Positions 1-11,174 of a stretch of 64,000 nucleotides of DNA are shown in pieces. Under the pieces are notes generated by a model. The model saw nothing but the letters and a program-made list of their open reading frames with translations, made no database searches and was not told where the DNA came from. The first letter of the stretch is position 1, and each line of letters begins with the position of its first letter. The DNA lies in NCBI GenBank assembly GCA_033549025.1, contig JAWSUS010000008.1, positions 1 to 64,000 on the forward strand, written 5' to 3'. The stretch comes from Desulfuromonadales bacterium. GTDB lineage: Bacteria; Desulfobacterota; Desulfuromonadia; Desulfuromonadales; SZUA-540. Position numbers and translations under genes: made by a program.

Positions 1-76
1 GCGTAAGACCTGCTCCGGCAGGCCGCCGCCGTCGATCCTTGGAATCCCGGTCACTTCAGGGCCGGGAGGATGTCAA
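1..76 (+). mobile_element. Right end of an IS200/IS605-family element (subterminal hairpin, TCAA end); body lies left of the window
   Basis: GGAATCCCGGTCACTTCAGGGCCGGGAGGATGTCAA (41-76): TCCCGGTC/GGCCGGGA hairpin followed by GGATGTCAA, the typical right-end layout of tnpB-bearing elements. Confidence 0.7.
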
Positions 77-221
77 TATGCTCTTAACATAGTATGGGCA
101 GCCATAAAGTCAATCGGAAAGAGAAAATATCTCGGTGACATCCTCGCGGTGTCTATCTGAGACGGTAAGGATGTCACACCTTTTTTAAACTGTCTGAGGA
201 AAGTCGTAAGCTTCACCTCTC

Positions 222-415
222 TTACCGATACGCCTCATCATGGCTCCCGATATCGAGCAGAACAATCTCCCGTTCGGTAATGAGCAAGGTCAGAGTGATG
301 CGATAGCTGTAGGTGAGGCTGACGGCATGGCAACCCGAAAGTTTGCCGGTCAGGGTGTGGAGTTCCAGATGGAGCTGAAACGGGTCGTGTTGCAGATCGG
401 CCAGCACCTTGGCAA
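222..415 (-). pseudogene. C-terminal fragment of a RelE/YafQ-family mRNA interferase toxin
   Basis: LHTLTGKLSGCHAVSLTYSYRITL...LLDIGSHDEAYR is a RelE/YafQ C-terminal signature; N-terminus missing and no antitoxin nearby. Confidence 0.65.
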
Positions 416-775
416 ATGTTCATAGATTACCTGATCGGTCACCGGCAGCAATTGGCGCTGGTTGCAATCGCCGCATTTCACAAGGGGCTTATGGCAGACG
501 CCCTGTTTCCACTCGTTGCCGCAGGCCGGTAAATAGCCAGATGTGCCCTTGGTAGACTCCCAGCGCTGCAGGTAGACATCGTCCCGCCAACGGAACAGAC
601 GGCAGAACAAGGCGATCTTGTCGTCGGTAGGGAAATGGGCTGGGGCTGATTCGGTTGGGGCGGGGACTGATTCAGGGATGGGCGGCTCTTCCCAGGCGAT
701 ACCGTGCTGGATCAGCAGCCCCTTGAGGCGGGCGTTCTCCTCGCGCAGACGCCGCAAAAGTCCTGTTCATTTCAT
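416..775 (-). pseudogene. N-terminal fragment of a TOTE-type archaeo-eukaryotic primase/DEAD-helicase protein
   Basis: RRLREENARLKGLL...DKIALFCRLFRWRDDVY..RWES..G.SGY.PACGNEW..GVC.KP.VKC.DC; similarity ends at VIYEHL, where the toxin fragment begins. Confidence 0.55.
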
Positions 776-793
776 CAGTTCAACTTCTGCAGC

Positions 794-840
794 CAAATAC
801 AAAAAACCCCCTCGATTTCTCAAGGGGGTTTTTGTATTTG
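794..840. terminator. Bidirectional rho-independent terminator
   Basis: CAAATACAAAAAACCCCCT-cgatttctca-AGGGGGTTTTTGTATTTG inverted repeat with A and T tails. Confidence 0.75.
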
Positions 841-892
841 GTGGAGGGAACGCCGACCTACCGCAAAACAGTCTCAAAGCCCGCACTCCTCG

Positions 893-905
893 TAACTCAT
901 TGATA
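893..905 (-). promoter_or_regulatory. IHF consensus site
   Basis: Minus strand TATCAATGAGTTA matches WATCAANNNNTTR. Confidence 0.4.
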
Positions 906-1360
906 ATAAACGCCGAAGTCATCTCCCACAACCACTTCCCGCCAACCCGACCAGAGAAACGATTTTCTCCCCCGATTTCCCAGCACCTGACGAGGGTGAC
1001 GGGTTTGCAGTAAAACCGGACACCTGGCGTTGAGCCGCAACAACTTCGAATCCGGTTTTCGGACGCCGGTTCGGTTCCCAAATCGGAATCGAATTGGCCC
1101 GGGCAATTTTTATCTTGCCTTTTACCTCTGTTCTCTATAGTCTCACTCTCTCAACTCACGGGTCTTTGTCCCAGCATTTCGGATTCCCCATGTAAACTTG
1201 AAAGTTCTTTTTTGCTCAGTCATTATCCCAACGAAGTTTTTCCATTTATCATCGATCTGCAGACCCTTTACTTCGACGCCTGCCTGTTTTTTCGATTGAC
1301 TCCGTTCTGATCGGTTAAACCTCCTCATATCGTCTGTTTCCACTAAGGCAAAGTTTTCTT

Positions 1361-1407
1361 CATGCTGTATCCGGCACGCCCGATGCGGCTTGGGAGCTTT
1401 TGTCCAA
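1361..1407 (+). ncRNA. Candidate sul1-type cis-regulatory RNA motif upstream of sulP
   Basis: CATGCTGTATCCGGCACGCCCGATGCGGCTTGGGAGCTTTTGTCCAA lies ~30 nt before a SulP gene; resembles from memory the conserved leader of this SulP-USP gene pair. Confidence 0.4.
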
Positions 1408-1437
1408 ATTTCTTCTTCGTGTAAGGTTCTTTATCCC

Positions 1438-2925
1438 ATGATTCACGCTTTTCGTACTATCCGCAATACCTGGTTCTCCAACCTGCGCGGTGATGCCCTC
1501 GCCGGCATCGTCGTTGCCCTCGCCCTGATCCCCGAGGCGATTGCCTTTTCGATTATCGCCGGGGTCGACCCCAAGGTCGGCCTTTATGCTTCGTTCTGTA
1601 TCGCCGTGGTCAGCGCTTTTGTCGGTGCCCGCCCGGGGATGATTTCGGCCGCCACCGGCGCCATGGCGCTGCTGATGGTAACCCTGGTGAAGACCCATGG
1701 TCTGGAGTATCTGCTGGCAGCGACCCTGCTCACAGGCATGTTGCAGATGCTGGCCGGCGGCCTGCGCCTCGGTTCGCTGATGCGTTTCGTCTCGCGTTCG
1801 GTGGTGATTGGCTTCGTCAATGCTCTGGCCATCCTCATTTTTCTTGCGCAGATTCCCGAGCTCACCGCTGTTGCTTGGCCGGTCTATGCCCTGGTCGCGG
1901 CCGGCCTCGGCCTGATCTATCTTTTCCCCTACATCACTCGGGCCGTCCCATCGCCGCTGGTGTGCATCGTGGCGCTGACCGCCTTCACCATGCTGTTCGG
2001 GGTAGATGTGCGCACCGTCGGCGATATGGGCGCGCTACCCGACAGTCTGCCGATCTTTCTGCTCCCCGACCTGCCGCTGACCTTCGAAACCCTGGCGATC
2101 ATCTTCCCCTATGCCGTGACCCTGGCCGTTGTCGGCCTGCTCGAATCGATGATGACGGCGACCATCGTCGACGACCTGACCGATTCGCCCAGCGATAAAA
2201 ACCGCGAATGCGTCGGCCAGGGGGTGGCCAATATCGCTTCCGGTTTTCTCGGCGGCATGGCCGGCTGTGCCATGATCGGCCAGTCGATCATCAACATCAA
2301 ATCGGGCGGTCGCGGCCGCCTCTCCACCCTGTTATCCGGGGTTTATCTGCTGCTGATGGTGGTCTTTCTCGGCGACTGGGTGGCGCGCATTCCCATGGCG
2401 GCGCTGGTGGCGGTGATGATCATGGTGGCGATCGGCACCTTCAGCTGGGAGTCGATCCGCAACCTGCGCAAGAACCCGGCGAGTTCGAGCATCGTCATGA
2501 CCTCCACCGTGGTCGTGGTGGTGGCGACCCACAACCTGGCCCTGGGCGTTCTGGTCGGGGTGTTGCTCAGTGCCTTGTTCTTTGCGCACAAGATCGGTAG
2601 AGTGCTGCATATCGGTTCAAGTCTCTCGGCGGACGGCCTGACCCGCCACTACCAGGTGACCGGCCAGGTCTTCTTTCCCTCGGCCGAGCGCTTCATCGCT
2701 TCCTTCGATCTGAAAGAGGCGATCGAGAGAGTGCAGATCGATGTCAGCCGCGCCCATTTCTGGGACATCACCGCCATTGGCGCCCTCGACAAGGTCATCA
2801 TCAAGTTTCGCCGCGAAGGGACCGAGGTGGAGATTGTCGGCCTCAACAAGGCCAGCGAGACAATGGTCGACCGCTTCGCGGTCCACGACAAGCCCGAGGC
2901 CATCGAAGCCTTGATGGGGCATTAA
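1438..2925 (+). CDS. SulP-family inorganic anion transporter with C-terminal STAS domain
   Basis: [48 protein letters not shown] and [11 protein letters not shown] motifs; many TM segments. Confidence 0.93.
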   Translation: MIHAFRTIRNTWFSNLRGDALAGIVVALALIPEAIAFSIIAGVDPKVGLYASFCIAVVSAFVGARPGMISAATGAMALLMVTLVKTHGLEYLLAATLLTGMLQMLAGGLRLGSLMRFVSRSVVIGFVNALAILIFLAQIPELTAVAWPVYALVAAGLGLIYLFPYITRAVPSPLVCIVALTAFTMLFGVDVRTVGDMGALPDSLPIFLLPDLPLTFETLAIIFPYAVTLAVVGLLESMMTATIVDDLTDSPSDKNRECVGQGVANIASGFLGGMAGCAMIGQSIINIKSGGRGRLSTLLSGVYLLLMVVFLGDWVARIPMAALVAVMIMVAIGTFSWESIRNLRKNPASSSIVMTSTVVVVVATHNLALGVLVGVLLSALFFAHKIGRVLHIGSSLSADGLTRHYQVTGQVFFPSAERFIASFDLKEAIERVQIDVSRAHFWDITAIGALDKVIIKFRREGTEVEIVGLNKASETMVDRFAVHDKPEAIEALMGH

Positions 2926-2936
2926 GGGGAACTGAC

Positions 2937-3791
2937 ATGAAAAATCGCATTTTGGCCTGTATTGACGGATCGTCCTATTCTACTGCTGTGTGTGATGCAG
3001 CAGCCTGGTCGGCCTTACGGCTCGAAGCGTCGTTGACCTTCCTGCATGTGCTGCACAAAGAGCAGGCTGCTCCCCCGGTCGACCTGAGTGGTAGCATTGG
3101 CCTCGGTGCCCGTGAGTCACTGTTGGAGGAGCTGGCGGTACTTGATGAAAAGCGCGGTAAGCTGGCCCGGGAACAGGGACAGCAGCTGCTTGGTGCGGCC
3201 AGATTGCGGGCTCGCACTGCAGGTGTCACCGATCCCGAGGGGCTGCTACGCCTTGGTGGGCTGGTGGAAACCTTGACCGGGCAGGAAGAGAGCACTCGGC
3301 TGTTGGTCTTGGGCAAACGGGGCGAAGCTGCGCAGGTGGCCTCCGAACATCTGGGCAGCCATCTGGAACGGGTCATCCGCTCTTTGCAACGGCCCATCCT
3401 GGTGACCCCTTCCGAATTTCGTCCACCGCAGCGGGTGATGCTCGCCTTCGACGGCAGCCCCACCGCGCGCAAGGCGCTTGATATGGTGGCGGCAAGTCCT
3501 CTGTTTCGTGGCCTGCTCTGTCATCTGGTGATGGTTGGAGCCGATACCACCACTGCCAGCGCCGACTTGGCCCGCGCCCGGCAGATTCTGGAAATGGCAC
3601 GATTTGAAACAGTGGCCGTTATCCTCCCCGGAGAACCGGAAGCCGCGCTTAGTCGCTATCAGCAGGAGCAGGGCATCGACCTGATGATCATGGGCGCTTA
3701 TGGTCACTCGCGTATCCGCCATCTACTGGTCGGCAGCACCACGACCGCCATGCTGCGCAAATCGACCATCCCTTTGCTCCTTTTACGTTAG
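2937..3791 (+). CDS. Universal stress protein (tandem USP domains)
   Basis: ILACIDGS...LVLGKRG...LGSHLERVIRS and LAFDGS...MGAYGHSRIRHLLVGSTT; follows sulP. Confidence 0.92.
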   Translation: MKNRILACIDGSSYSTAVCDAAAWSALRLEASLTFLHVLHKEQAAPPVDLSGSIGLGARESLLEELAVLDEKRGKLAREQGQQLLGAARLRARTAGVTDPEGLLRLGGLVETLTGQEESTRLLVLGKRGEAAQVASEHLGSHLERVIRSLQRPILVTPSEFRPPQRVMLAFDGSPTARKALDMVAASPLFRGLLCHLVMVGADTTTASADLARARQILEMARFETVAVILPGEPEAALSRYQQEQGIDLMIMGAYGHSRIRHLLVGSTTTAMLRKSTIPLLLLR

Positions 3792-3805
3792 TTTGACCTC
3801 ACCTC

Positions 3806-3849
3806 TCCTCTGCTCTCGTCAGCTTTTTCGGAGCAGTGCAGAGCAGAGG
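3806..3849 (+). terminator. Stem-loop after usp
   Basis: TCCTCTGCTCT...AGAGCAGAGGA inverted repeat immediately downstream of the usp stop. Confidence 0.35.
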
Positions 3850-4212
3850 AACCCCAAGTTGAACTTTTTAGCTGGTTGTGCTACTTTTTGTGGCATTCAA
3901 TTTCTAGGAAGAGTCATGCTCAAGTTATTCGCCACACCATCATTTACTCTGATCACCAGTGTAAAACTCCCGCCGCCTTAATTCCCCGGTCTATCCATCC
4001 GTACCCACAGCGCACAATCCTGAGGCCTTTTAGTTTTGTAGCTTTACGGCAGATGCTGACGGGCACCTAAATATTCATTATTGTCGCCACCGCTTTTAGC
4101 CGTGGCGACGAATCAGCCCAGATCCCAACCCCCTTTGCCCGTGTTCTTATCGCCTCAGATGAGCGCAGGGGCCACGAGGTTCAGGATGCTCCGGCATCAA
4201 CGAAGGAAGGAT

Positions 4213-5799
4213 ATGGAAAGTCAACCATTAACAGAAATTCAACGTCGCCGTACCTTCGGCATCATCAGCCACCCTGACGCCGGCAAGACAACGCTGACTG
4301 AAAAGCTGTTGCTGTTCGGGGGCGCCATCCAGATGGCGGGTGCCATCAAGGCCCGCAAGGCCGATCGACATGCCACCAGCGACTGGATGGCCATCGAGCA
4401 GGAGCGCGGCATTTCGGTGACCAGCTCGGTGATGAAGTTCAACTACCGCGATTTCGAGATCAATCTGCTCGATACGCCGGGTCACCAGGATTTCTCCGAG
4501 GACACCTACCGCGTGCTTACGGCGGTGGACAGCGCGGTCATGGTCATCGACAGCGTCAAGGGGGTCGAGACCCAGACCCGCAAGCTGATGGAGGTCTGTC
4601 GGATGCGCAACACGCCGATTCTGACCTTCATCAATAAGCTCGACCGTGAGGGGATGTTCCCCCTCGACATCCTGGCCGACATCGAGGAGACCCTGCAGAT
4701 CGAGTGTGCGCCGCTGTCGTGGCCCATCGGCATGGGCAAGCGCTTCAAGGGGACCTACAACCTCTACCGCAAGGAGCTTAATATTTTTCTTCCAGGCCGC
4801 AATCGACTGGTCGATGAAGTGCTCACCATCCAGGATCTGACCGATCCGCTGCTCGACGAGCTGTTGGGGAGTCAGGCCGACGAACTGCGCGGGGACGTGG
4901 AATTGCTGGAGGGGGCGGCCAACCCCTTCGTGCTGGAGGAGTATCTCAAGGGGAACCAGACGCCGGTCTTCTTCGGCAGCGCGGTCAACAACTTCGGCGT
5001 GCGCGAGATGCTCGACGCTTTTGTCGAAATATCCCCTGCCCCGATGCCGCGGGCAACCACCACTCGCATGGTCGCGCCGGAGGAAGAAGCCTTTTCCGGC
5101 TTCATCTTCAAGATCCAGGCGAACATGGACCCGGCACACCGCGACCGCATCGCTTTCTTGCGCATCTGCTCGGGGCGTTTCCAGCGGGGGATGAAGGTGC
5201 GTCACCACCGCATTGGCAAGGACGTGCTTCTGGCCAACCCAATCATCTTTATGGCCCAGGACCGGGCTCTGGTGGAGGAGGCCTGGCCGGGGGATATCAT
5301 CGGTTTGCACAACCACGGCACCATCAAGATTGGCGACACTTTCTCCGCCAAGGAGCCGCTCAAGTTCACCGGCATCCCCAGCTTCGCCCCCGACCATTTC
5401 CGGCGGGTGCGGCTGAAATCTCCGCTGCGGGCCAAACAACTCCAGAAGGGACTCACCCAACTCGCCGAGGAGGGGGCGGTGCAGCTGTTTCGTCCCCTGC
5501 TGGGAAGCGACTTCATTCTGGGAGCGGTCGGCGTGTTGCAGTTCGATGTGACCATGGCGCGGCTCAAGGCCGAATACAATGTCGACGCCAGCTATGAGGG
5601 TGTCGATTACGCCACCGCCCGCTGGGTGCGCTGCGCCGACCCGAAACGATTGGCCGCCTTCGAGAAGGCCAACCAGGCCAATCTCGCGCATGACGCGGAA
5701 GGGAACCTGACCTATCTGGCGTCCAGCGAATGGCGGCTGGGTTTCGTGACCGAACAGTGGCCGGAAATCACTTTCCTGAAAACACGCGAGCACGAATAA
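4213..5799 (+). CDS. prfC: Peptide chain release factor 3
   Basis: [43 protein letters not shown] and NKLD GTPase motifs; ATG at 4213 after GGAAGG. Confidence 0.97.
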   Translation: MESQPLTEIQRRRTFGIISHPDAGKTTLTEKLLLFGGAIQMAGAIKARKADRHATSDWMAIEQERGISVTSSVMKFNYRDFEINLLDTPGHQDFSEDTYRVLTAVDSAVMVIDSVKGVETQTRKLMEVCRMRNTPILTFINKLDREGMFPLDILADIEETLQIECAPLSWPIGMGKRFKGTYNLYRKELNIFLPGRNRLVDEVLTIQDLTDPLLDELLGSQADELRGDVELLEGAANPFVLEEYLKGNQTPVFFGSAVNNFGVREMLDAFVEISPAPMPRATTTRMVAPEEEAFSGFIFKIQANMDPAHRDRIAFLRICSGRFQRGMKVRHHRIGKDVLLANPIIFMAQDRALVEEAWPGDIIGLHNHGTIKIGDTFSAKEPLKFTGIPSFAPDHFRRVRLKSPLRAKQLQKGLTQLAEEGAVQLFRPLLGSDFILGAVGVLQFDVTMARLKAEYNVDASYEGVDYATARWVRCADPKRLAAFEKANQANLAHDAEGNLTYLASSEWRLGFVTEQWPEITFLKTREHE

Positions 5800-5810
5800 G
5801 TGACGCATTC

Positions 5811-6455
5811 ATGCTGAGAAAAAATGCTCTCTGCTGGCAGCCCGAGCAGACGACAGACCTGCATGAGGAACGTTTGAACAAGGTGGTACAAACCCTGTTG
5901 GCGCGCAATGTTCTAAGCGTGCTCGATCTCGGTTGCGGGCCAGGCGAATTACTGGTGCGTCTGGCCGGAGAAATGCAGTTCAGGACCATTGCCGGCATCG
6001 ACTCCTCGCAGGAGGCTCTGGCCAAGGCGAGAGCCCGACTCTCTTTTCATGATGAGGGGCTCACCGACCGCAAGATGTCCCTGTATCTTGCGTCTTACAC
6101 ATCTCTGGGCGAGAATTTTTGCGGATTTGACGCAGCGGTCATGATCGAGACCATCGAACATGTTGCGCCGCAACGCTTGTCGGCGGTCGAGCAGGCGGTT
6201 TTCGTCGGGTGCCGGCCGAGGACGGTCATCATCACGACACCCAATCGCGAATACAATGTGCTGCACGGCATCTCGGATGACGTGTTCCGCCACCCTGATC
6301 ATCGCTTTGAATGGACCAGGGAGAAATTCAGACGTTGGGCCGATGGCGTGGCACGACGCAACGGTTACCAGGTCGTGTTTGAGGATATTGGTGCGTTCGA
6401 CCCCCGCCATGGGAGTTCGACACAGATGGCAACCTTTTCGTTGACGCAAAACTGA
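5811..6455 (+). CDS. Stand-alone Hen1-type (RNA 3'-terminal 2'-O-ribose) methyltransferase domain
   Basis: VLDLGCGPG, ETIEH, TTPNREYN, FRHPDHRFEWTR and STQMATF are Hen1 C-terminal domain motifs. Confidence 0.85.
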   Translation: MLRKNALCWQPEQTTDLHEERLNKVVQTLLARNVLSVLDLGCGPGELLVRLAGEMQFRTIAGIDSSQEALAKARARLSFHDEGLTDRKMSLYLASYTSLGENFCGFDAAVMIETIEHVAPQRLSAVEQAVFVGCRPRTVIITTPNREYNVLHGISDDVFRHPDHRFEWTREKFRRWADGVARRNGYQVVFEDIGAFDPRHGSSTQMATFSLTQN

Positions 6456-6532
6456 AGTTCTCGGGCGGTAAGGTAGACATGATTATTTACAGGAACTACA
6501 CACTTGATTGATCAAGAGAGAACCTTCTGAAG

Positions 6533-6907
6533 ATGAAAGATTGGTCTGGTAAAAAACTTTGCTTTGAATGCATAAAGACTTTGGGCGCCAACATCAATAT
6601 TGGCCTGAAGATGAATGGCCGCTGCCAGAGATGCCATCGTGAGCAAACAGTATTTAAGGTAACGAATGTTCCTGTTATTGTTGCAGGACAAGTCAATGTC
6701 TGCCCTGCATGTGCCCACTCCGATGGAGTTCATGCCAATGACTGCCCGTACTCTGAAAGACTTGAAAAATTGACACAGGAGCGAGATGAGATCGTCCGTC
6801 TGTTACAGCTTTTTGACTTATACGAAGCGGATACACCGCTGGCGGAACAAATTGAAAATGTCCTTCGGCAGTTCTCCCAAAAGAGCCGGGTAGAAAGCCC
6901 TTTATGA
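6533..6907 (+). CDS. Hypothetical Cys-rich protein (three CxxC motifs, C-terminal helix)
   Basis: 124-aa ORF filling the gap between co-oriented genes; CFEC, CQRC and CPAC motifs. Confidence 0.55.
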   Translation: MKDWSGKKLCFECIKTLGANINIGLKMNGRCQRCHREQTVFKVTNVPVIVAGQVNVCPACAHSDGVHANDCPYSERLEKLTQERDEIVRLLQLFDLYEADTPLAEQIENVLRQFSQKSRVESPL

Positions 6908-6955
6908 TTGAATTGATGAAAGTTTTAATCTGGTGCGGATAGAAAGAAATGGCAG

Positions 6956-7798
6956 ATGGACCCTTTGATTTCTTGGCTCGATGCCGTCATTCTCGGCACG
7001 GTTGAAGGCCTCACCGAGTTTCTGCCGGTTTCCTCGACCGGCCATTTGATCCTGGTTTCAGAATGGCTGAACTTGTATCGGAACCCTGCCACTAAAGCTG
7101 GCGTCGATGCTTTTGAAATTGTCATCCAGTCCGGGGCACTGCTGGCGGTCATCGGTATTTACATCACCCATATCCGGGCGATGTTGCGGGGTTTGCGCGG
7201 GCAGGACAGCGAGGGGCGTCGTTTGCTGCGTTTGCTGCTGGTGGGTTTTCTGCCGGCGGCCATCATCGGTGTGCTGGCCGGAAGCTGGATCAAGTCAACG
7301 CTGTTCGGGATTGGTCCGGTCATTGCCGCCCTGGCGATCGGCGGATTGCTGATGGTCGTCATCGAGCGCCGGTTTCGACGGCAACTCCTAAGGAAACCGA
7401 GCCAGGAGGAGCTACCCCTTGCTGCCATGACGCTTCGATCAGCTCTGGTCATCGGCCTGGCCCAGTGCCTGGCTATGTGGCCCGGCACCAGCCGTTCCAT
7501 GGTCACCATCATGACCGCTCGGCTACTCGGCTATCAGCCCCGTGCCGCCGCCGAATTCAGCTTTCTACTGGCGCTGCCGACCCTCGGTGGCGCGACCGCC
7601 TACGAACTGTTTCATCAGGGTCCTGTCCTGCTGCAAACCAGCAGCGCCGCCAATCTGACCATCGGCCTGGGTGTGTCCTGCCTGGTCGCCTGGCTGGCCG
7701 TCAAGGGATTTCTGGTTTACCTCAATCGCCACGGCATGGAGCTGTTCGGCTGGTATCGGATTGCTCTGGCCTTCGGTATGGTGTTTTACCTTTCTTAA
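6956..7798 (+). CDS. uppP: Undecaprenyl-diphosphate phosphatase
   Basis: [25 protein letters not shown] and AAAEFSFLL motifs (BacA family). Confidence 0.95.
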   Translation: MDPLISWLDAVILGTVEGLTEFLPVSSTGHLILVSEWLNLYRNPATKAGVDAFEIVIQSGALLAVIGIYITHIRAMLRGLRGQDSEGRRLLRLLLVGFLPAAIIGVLAGSWIKSTLFGIGPVIAALAIGGLLMVVIERRFRRQLLRKPSQEELPLAAMTLRSALVIGLAQCLAMWPGTSRSMVTIMTARLLGYQPRAAAEFSFLLALPTLGGATAYELFHQGPVLLQTSSAANLTIGLGVSCLVAWLAVKGFLVYLNRHGMELFGWYRIALAFGMVFYLS

Positions 7799-8552
7799 CT
7801 GTATTTGTAAAATCGCAAGCGCCCGGCTGATCATATTTGGGACGGATCAACGCCACCATGTCTCTGACGGCGCGGTCGAGGCCCACCAACATGGCGCGAG
7901 CGATGATGGAGTGCCCGATGTTGTATTCCTCGACACCTCCCAACGCGGCCAGGGCTTGGATATTGGTATAATCAAGCCCGTGCCCGGCGTTAACGCCAAG
8001 GCCCAGCTTCTTGGCGAATTTAATCGCCGCATCGATCTTCCCGAGTTCCTCCATCCGATTATGCCAGCAAGAGGCGTTAGCGTAGGTTCCTGTGTGAATT
8101 TCGATGCAGTCGGCTCCGCTCTTCTTGGCGACCTCGATTTGTTCGGGGTCGGGATCGACGAACAGGCTGACGACGATACCTTCTTCTCGCAACGTCTTGA
8201 CCACCGACGTAACGGCGCCGCAGTTGAAGATCACATCCAGGCCACCTTCTGTGGTCAGTTCCTGGCGTTTCTCCGGTACCAGCGTGACCTGCTCCGGCTT
8301 GGTCATAAGGGCGATACCGACCATTTCTTCCGTAGCGGCCATCTCCAAATTGAGCCGGGTCTTGACCGTCCGGCGCAGAATTTCCAAGTCTCGATCCTGG
8401 ATGTGACGGCGATCCTCTCTCAGGTGGATCGTGATCCCGTCGGCCCCGGCCAATTCACCGATCGCCGCCGCCGTCACCGGATCAGGTTCCACGCCGCCGC
8501 GCGACTGACGAACGGTGGCTATATGATCAACATTCAATCCAAGTTTTGCCAT
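7722..8552 (-). CDS. pdxJ: Pyridoxine 5'-phosphate synthase with C-terminal extension overlapping uppP
   Basis: [42 protein letters not shown] and NIGHSII motifs. Confidence 0.95.
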   Translation of the reverse strand: MAKLGLNVDHIATVRQSRGGVEPDPVTAAAIGELAGADGITIHLREDRRHIQDRDLEILRRTVKTRLNLEMAATEEMVGIALMTKPEQVTLVPEKRQELTTEGGLDVIFNCGAVTSVVKTLREEGIVVSLFVDPDPEQIEVAKKSGADCIEIHTGTYANASCWHNRMEELGKIDAAIKFAKKLGLGVNAGHGLDYTNIQALAALGGVEEYNIGHSIIARAMLVGLDRAVRDMVALIRPKYDQPGACDFTNTVKKGKTPYRRPEQSDTSRTAPCRGD

Positions 8553-8674
8553 GTGTCTTGAACCTTTCATCGTGGTTGGTTTCCGCGCCGAATGGCGCAA
8601 AAAAGCTCTTTGCTGTTTTTTGGTTTCCCTTTGACTATCGGTTTGGGCAAGGACTTCGAGCGGGGATGTTTCGC

Positions 8675-10762
8675 TTAGCCTGTCAGGAAAGGCGAAGGTT
8701 CGCCAGAGTGGGTCAGCACCAACTGGTGCATTGCGCGGGTGCAGGCCACGTACAGCAGATTGCGATCCATGGCGGTGTGATAATTGGCGGCGCTGGTCTC
8801 GGGTACGATCACACGGTCAAATTCCAGCCCCTTGGCCATGTGGGCGCTGCAGACGGTGATCCCGGTGGAAAAAACCGCACTGGCGGCATCCAGCAGGCGA
8901 ACCTCGGTACCCTCTTTGTGCAGGGCTGCGGCGATCTTTTCCGCCTGCTTCTGCGTCTTGCAGATGATTCCCAGGCTGTTGTGCTCCGAATCAAGAAATT
9001 CAGCCTTCAGTCGGTGAATCTCTCTGATCTCTGCGGCACGGCTGCGACAGCTCAAGACCTGTGGCTCTTCGCCAGGGCGTTCCATCGGTACCAGGTCGGG
9101 GTTGGGGCAGATTCTCTGCGCGAACCGCATGATCGGCAGGGTCGAACGATAGCTGCGGGTCAGGGTCATGTAGTTCGCGCCGGCAAATGGCTTGCAGATC
9201 TCCTCGGCCCGTGGGGCGCTGTAGGGATTCACCGCCTGGGCCACGTCACCGAGAATCGTCTTGCGGCAGGCAAACAGGCGTGCGAGTACCGCATACTGCA
9301 CCGGCGTGTAGTCCTGCATCTCGTCGATGAGCAGGTGCTTGACCGTTCGGTAGGGATTGTCGACCCCCTCCAGGCGCAACTTGAGGTGGATAAGCGGAAA
9401 GACATCGGCGTACTCCAGCTTGCTCCCCTTGGCCGGCTTGAACAGTTCCGGCCGACCGAGCCAGGTATAAAACTCCTGGTAAGTTTTGCGCAGAGTGCTG
9501 GTCCGGTGCATCGTCTTCAGAGCGGCGCGAAGAATGCGCCGGTCTTCGGCATCCATGTTGTAATGGTAGGTCGCCGCCATCTTGACATCGACCGTCTGAA
9601 CCACATGGGTCATGCGCTCGGCCAGACTCTTGCCGCGATATCTGGCAAAGGTCTCGGCGAGAAACCAGCCCGGCACCAGACGGCGGCAGAGGTAGACGTC
9701 CTCGGCCACGAACCGGGTTGCTTCCACGTGCTCGGCGTAGGCATCGAGCTGTTTGAGAAAATCGACGGAGGACTTGAAGATAATGCGCTCACGCATCGCT
9801 TCGTCCGGCGACTCCAGCAGCAGGGCGGTCTGCTCGAAAAAACTCTGAAAGCGGATTTTGTGTTCCAGCAGTTCGTCGGCCAGCCTTTCCATGCCGATCT
9901 CGGCCACTGACTCTTCGCCCAGTTCGGGCAGCACGTTGGCGATGTAGCTGGCAAAGACCCGGTTCGGCGAGATAATCAGGATGTCTTTCGAGCTCAAGGT
10001 CTCTTTGAACCGGTAGAGCAGAAAGGCGATGCGGTGCAGAGCGATGGAGGTCTTGCCGGAACCGGCGACCCCCTGGATGATCAGGGTCGGGGCCTGATCG
10101 TCGCGAATGATGGCGTTCTGGTCGCGCTGGATGGTGGCAACGATGTTCTTCATGCCGTCGTCAGAGGCGCGGGCGAGTTCCTGCTGCAGCACATCGTCGA
10201 CGATGTTGAGCCCGCTCTCCAGCATGAACTCCATTTCGCCATCACGAATGCGGAACTGACGCTTGAGCCTAATTTCGCCGCGGACCGTCCCGGCCGGTGA
10301 TTCATAGGCGGCCGCACCGGTCTCGTAATCGTAGAACAGGGCCGCGACCGGCGCCCGCCAGTCGTAGACCAGATGTTCTTTTTGCTGCTCGTCATGGAAA
10401 TGATGCACCCCGATATAAAACGCCAAGGGCGCGTCCTGACCGTTCTGGGCAAAATCGAAGCGACCAAAATACGGCGAGCGAACGAGTTTGAGAAGGCGCT
10501 GCTTTTGCGCTGCGAGCGCATCGCCGGACATCAGCATCTGCTCGATCGCCTGGCGCGTCGTGACCTTCTCGACATGATCCATGCCGGCCTTATTCTCCCA
10601 CAGGTAGGTTTTCTGCTCCTGGATATCCTGTTGGTAGCGCGCCAGGCGTGCATCGATGCCTTGCACCGTCCGGTGCAGTCGGCGTTGCACATCGTCGAGA
10701 CGCAGACGCTCTTCACTTTCCGGGTCGTGTTGGTTCAAGGCCTGGGTATCGGTGGTTTTCAT
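8675..10762 (-). CDS. helD: HelD-family SF1 helicase-like RNA polymerase recycling ATPase
   Basis: [51 protein letters not shown] and YVACTRA motifs. Confidence 0.88.
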   Translation of the reverse strand: MKTTDTQALNQHDPESEERLRLDDVQRRLHRTVQGIDARLARYQQDIQEQKTYLWENKAGMDHVEKVTTRQAIEQMLMSGDALAAQKQRLLKLVRSPYFGRFDFAQNGQDAPLAFYIGVHHFHDEQQKEHLVYDWRAPVAALFYDYETGAAAYESPAGTVRGEIRLKRQFRIRDGEMEFMLESGLNIVDDVLQQELARASDDGMKNIVATIQRDQNAIIRDDQAPTLIIQGVAGSGKTSIALHRIAFLLYRFKETLSSKDILIISPNRVFASYIANVLPELGEESVAEIGMERLADELLEHKIRFQSFFEQTALLLESPDEAMRERIIFKSSVDFLKQLDAYAEHVEATRFVAEDVYLCRRLVPGWFLAETFARYRGKSLAERMTHVVQTVDVKMAATYHYNMDAEDRRILRAALKTMHRTSTLRKTYQEFYTWLGRPELFKPAKGSKLEYADVFPLIHLKLRLEGVDNPYRTVKHLLIDEMQDYTPVQYAVLARLFACRKTILGDVAQAVNPYSAPRAEEICKPFAGANYMTLTRSYRSTLPIMRFAQRICPNPDLVPMERPGEEPQVLSCRSRAAEIREIHRLKAEFLDSEHNSLGIICKTQKQAEKIAAALHKEGTEVRLLDAASAVFSTGITVCSAHMAKGLEFDRVIVPETSAANYHTAMDRNLLYVACTRAMHQLVLTHSGEPSPFLTG

Positions 10763-10793
10763 CCGGCGAATCCTTGCAGATGTTTCTCTTAGA

Positions 10794-11072
10794 TCAGCGC
10801 TTTGCGGCGGCGGGCTCGCAGCTGTCGCAGGTCAGGACAGTCGGATTGGCCAACAGCCGGCTCTCACCGATAGGACCCTTGCATTTGACGCATTCCAGAT
10901 ACTCATTGTTGTGGATGCGCTGGAAGGCAAAGTGGATGAGCAGGCGCTCGGTTCCCGTGTGGGTTTGCTCGCGGACTGTTCCTTCACGTCTTTCCAATGA
11001 GTCCATACGAGCCGAGAGCAAACGCTCGAAACGTTCCAGTTGTGGGGCTTGCTTTTCCTGAGAATTTTTCAT
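10794..11072 (-). CDS. Short DksA/TraR-family C4 zinc-finger protein
   Basis: CVKCKGPIGESRLLANPTVLTCDSC; ATG at 11072 with GGAG upstream. Confidence 0.8.
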   Translation of the reverse strand: MKNSQEKQAPQLERFERLLSARMDSLERREGTVREQTHTGTERLLIHFAFQRIHNNEYLECVKCKGPIGESRLLANPTVLTCDSCEPAAAKR

Positions 11073-11174
11073 GGTTAACCGCTCCGTTCCTGAGGACTTC
11101 TGAATCTGCAGGTTGATTGTTGGGCACTTTGTCAGAGGGCCTTTCATCTCAACCTGTTCATCATCAAAACTAAA

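Noticed and set aside
839..880. Intact tRNA or tmRNA ending in CTCCACCA
   Set aside because: No T-arm (GGTTCGA) or cloverleaf upstream on the minus strand; at most an att remnant
1143..1343. 66-aa minus-strand ORF divergent from sulP
   Set aside because: Short, non-ATG start, no motif; cannot be supported as a gene
4081..4212. N-terminal extension of prfC and GTCGCCAC/GTGGCGAC hairpin as a riboswitch
   Set aside because: RF3 similarity starts at ATG 4213 with an RBS; the hairpin alone matches no motif I recognise
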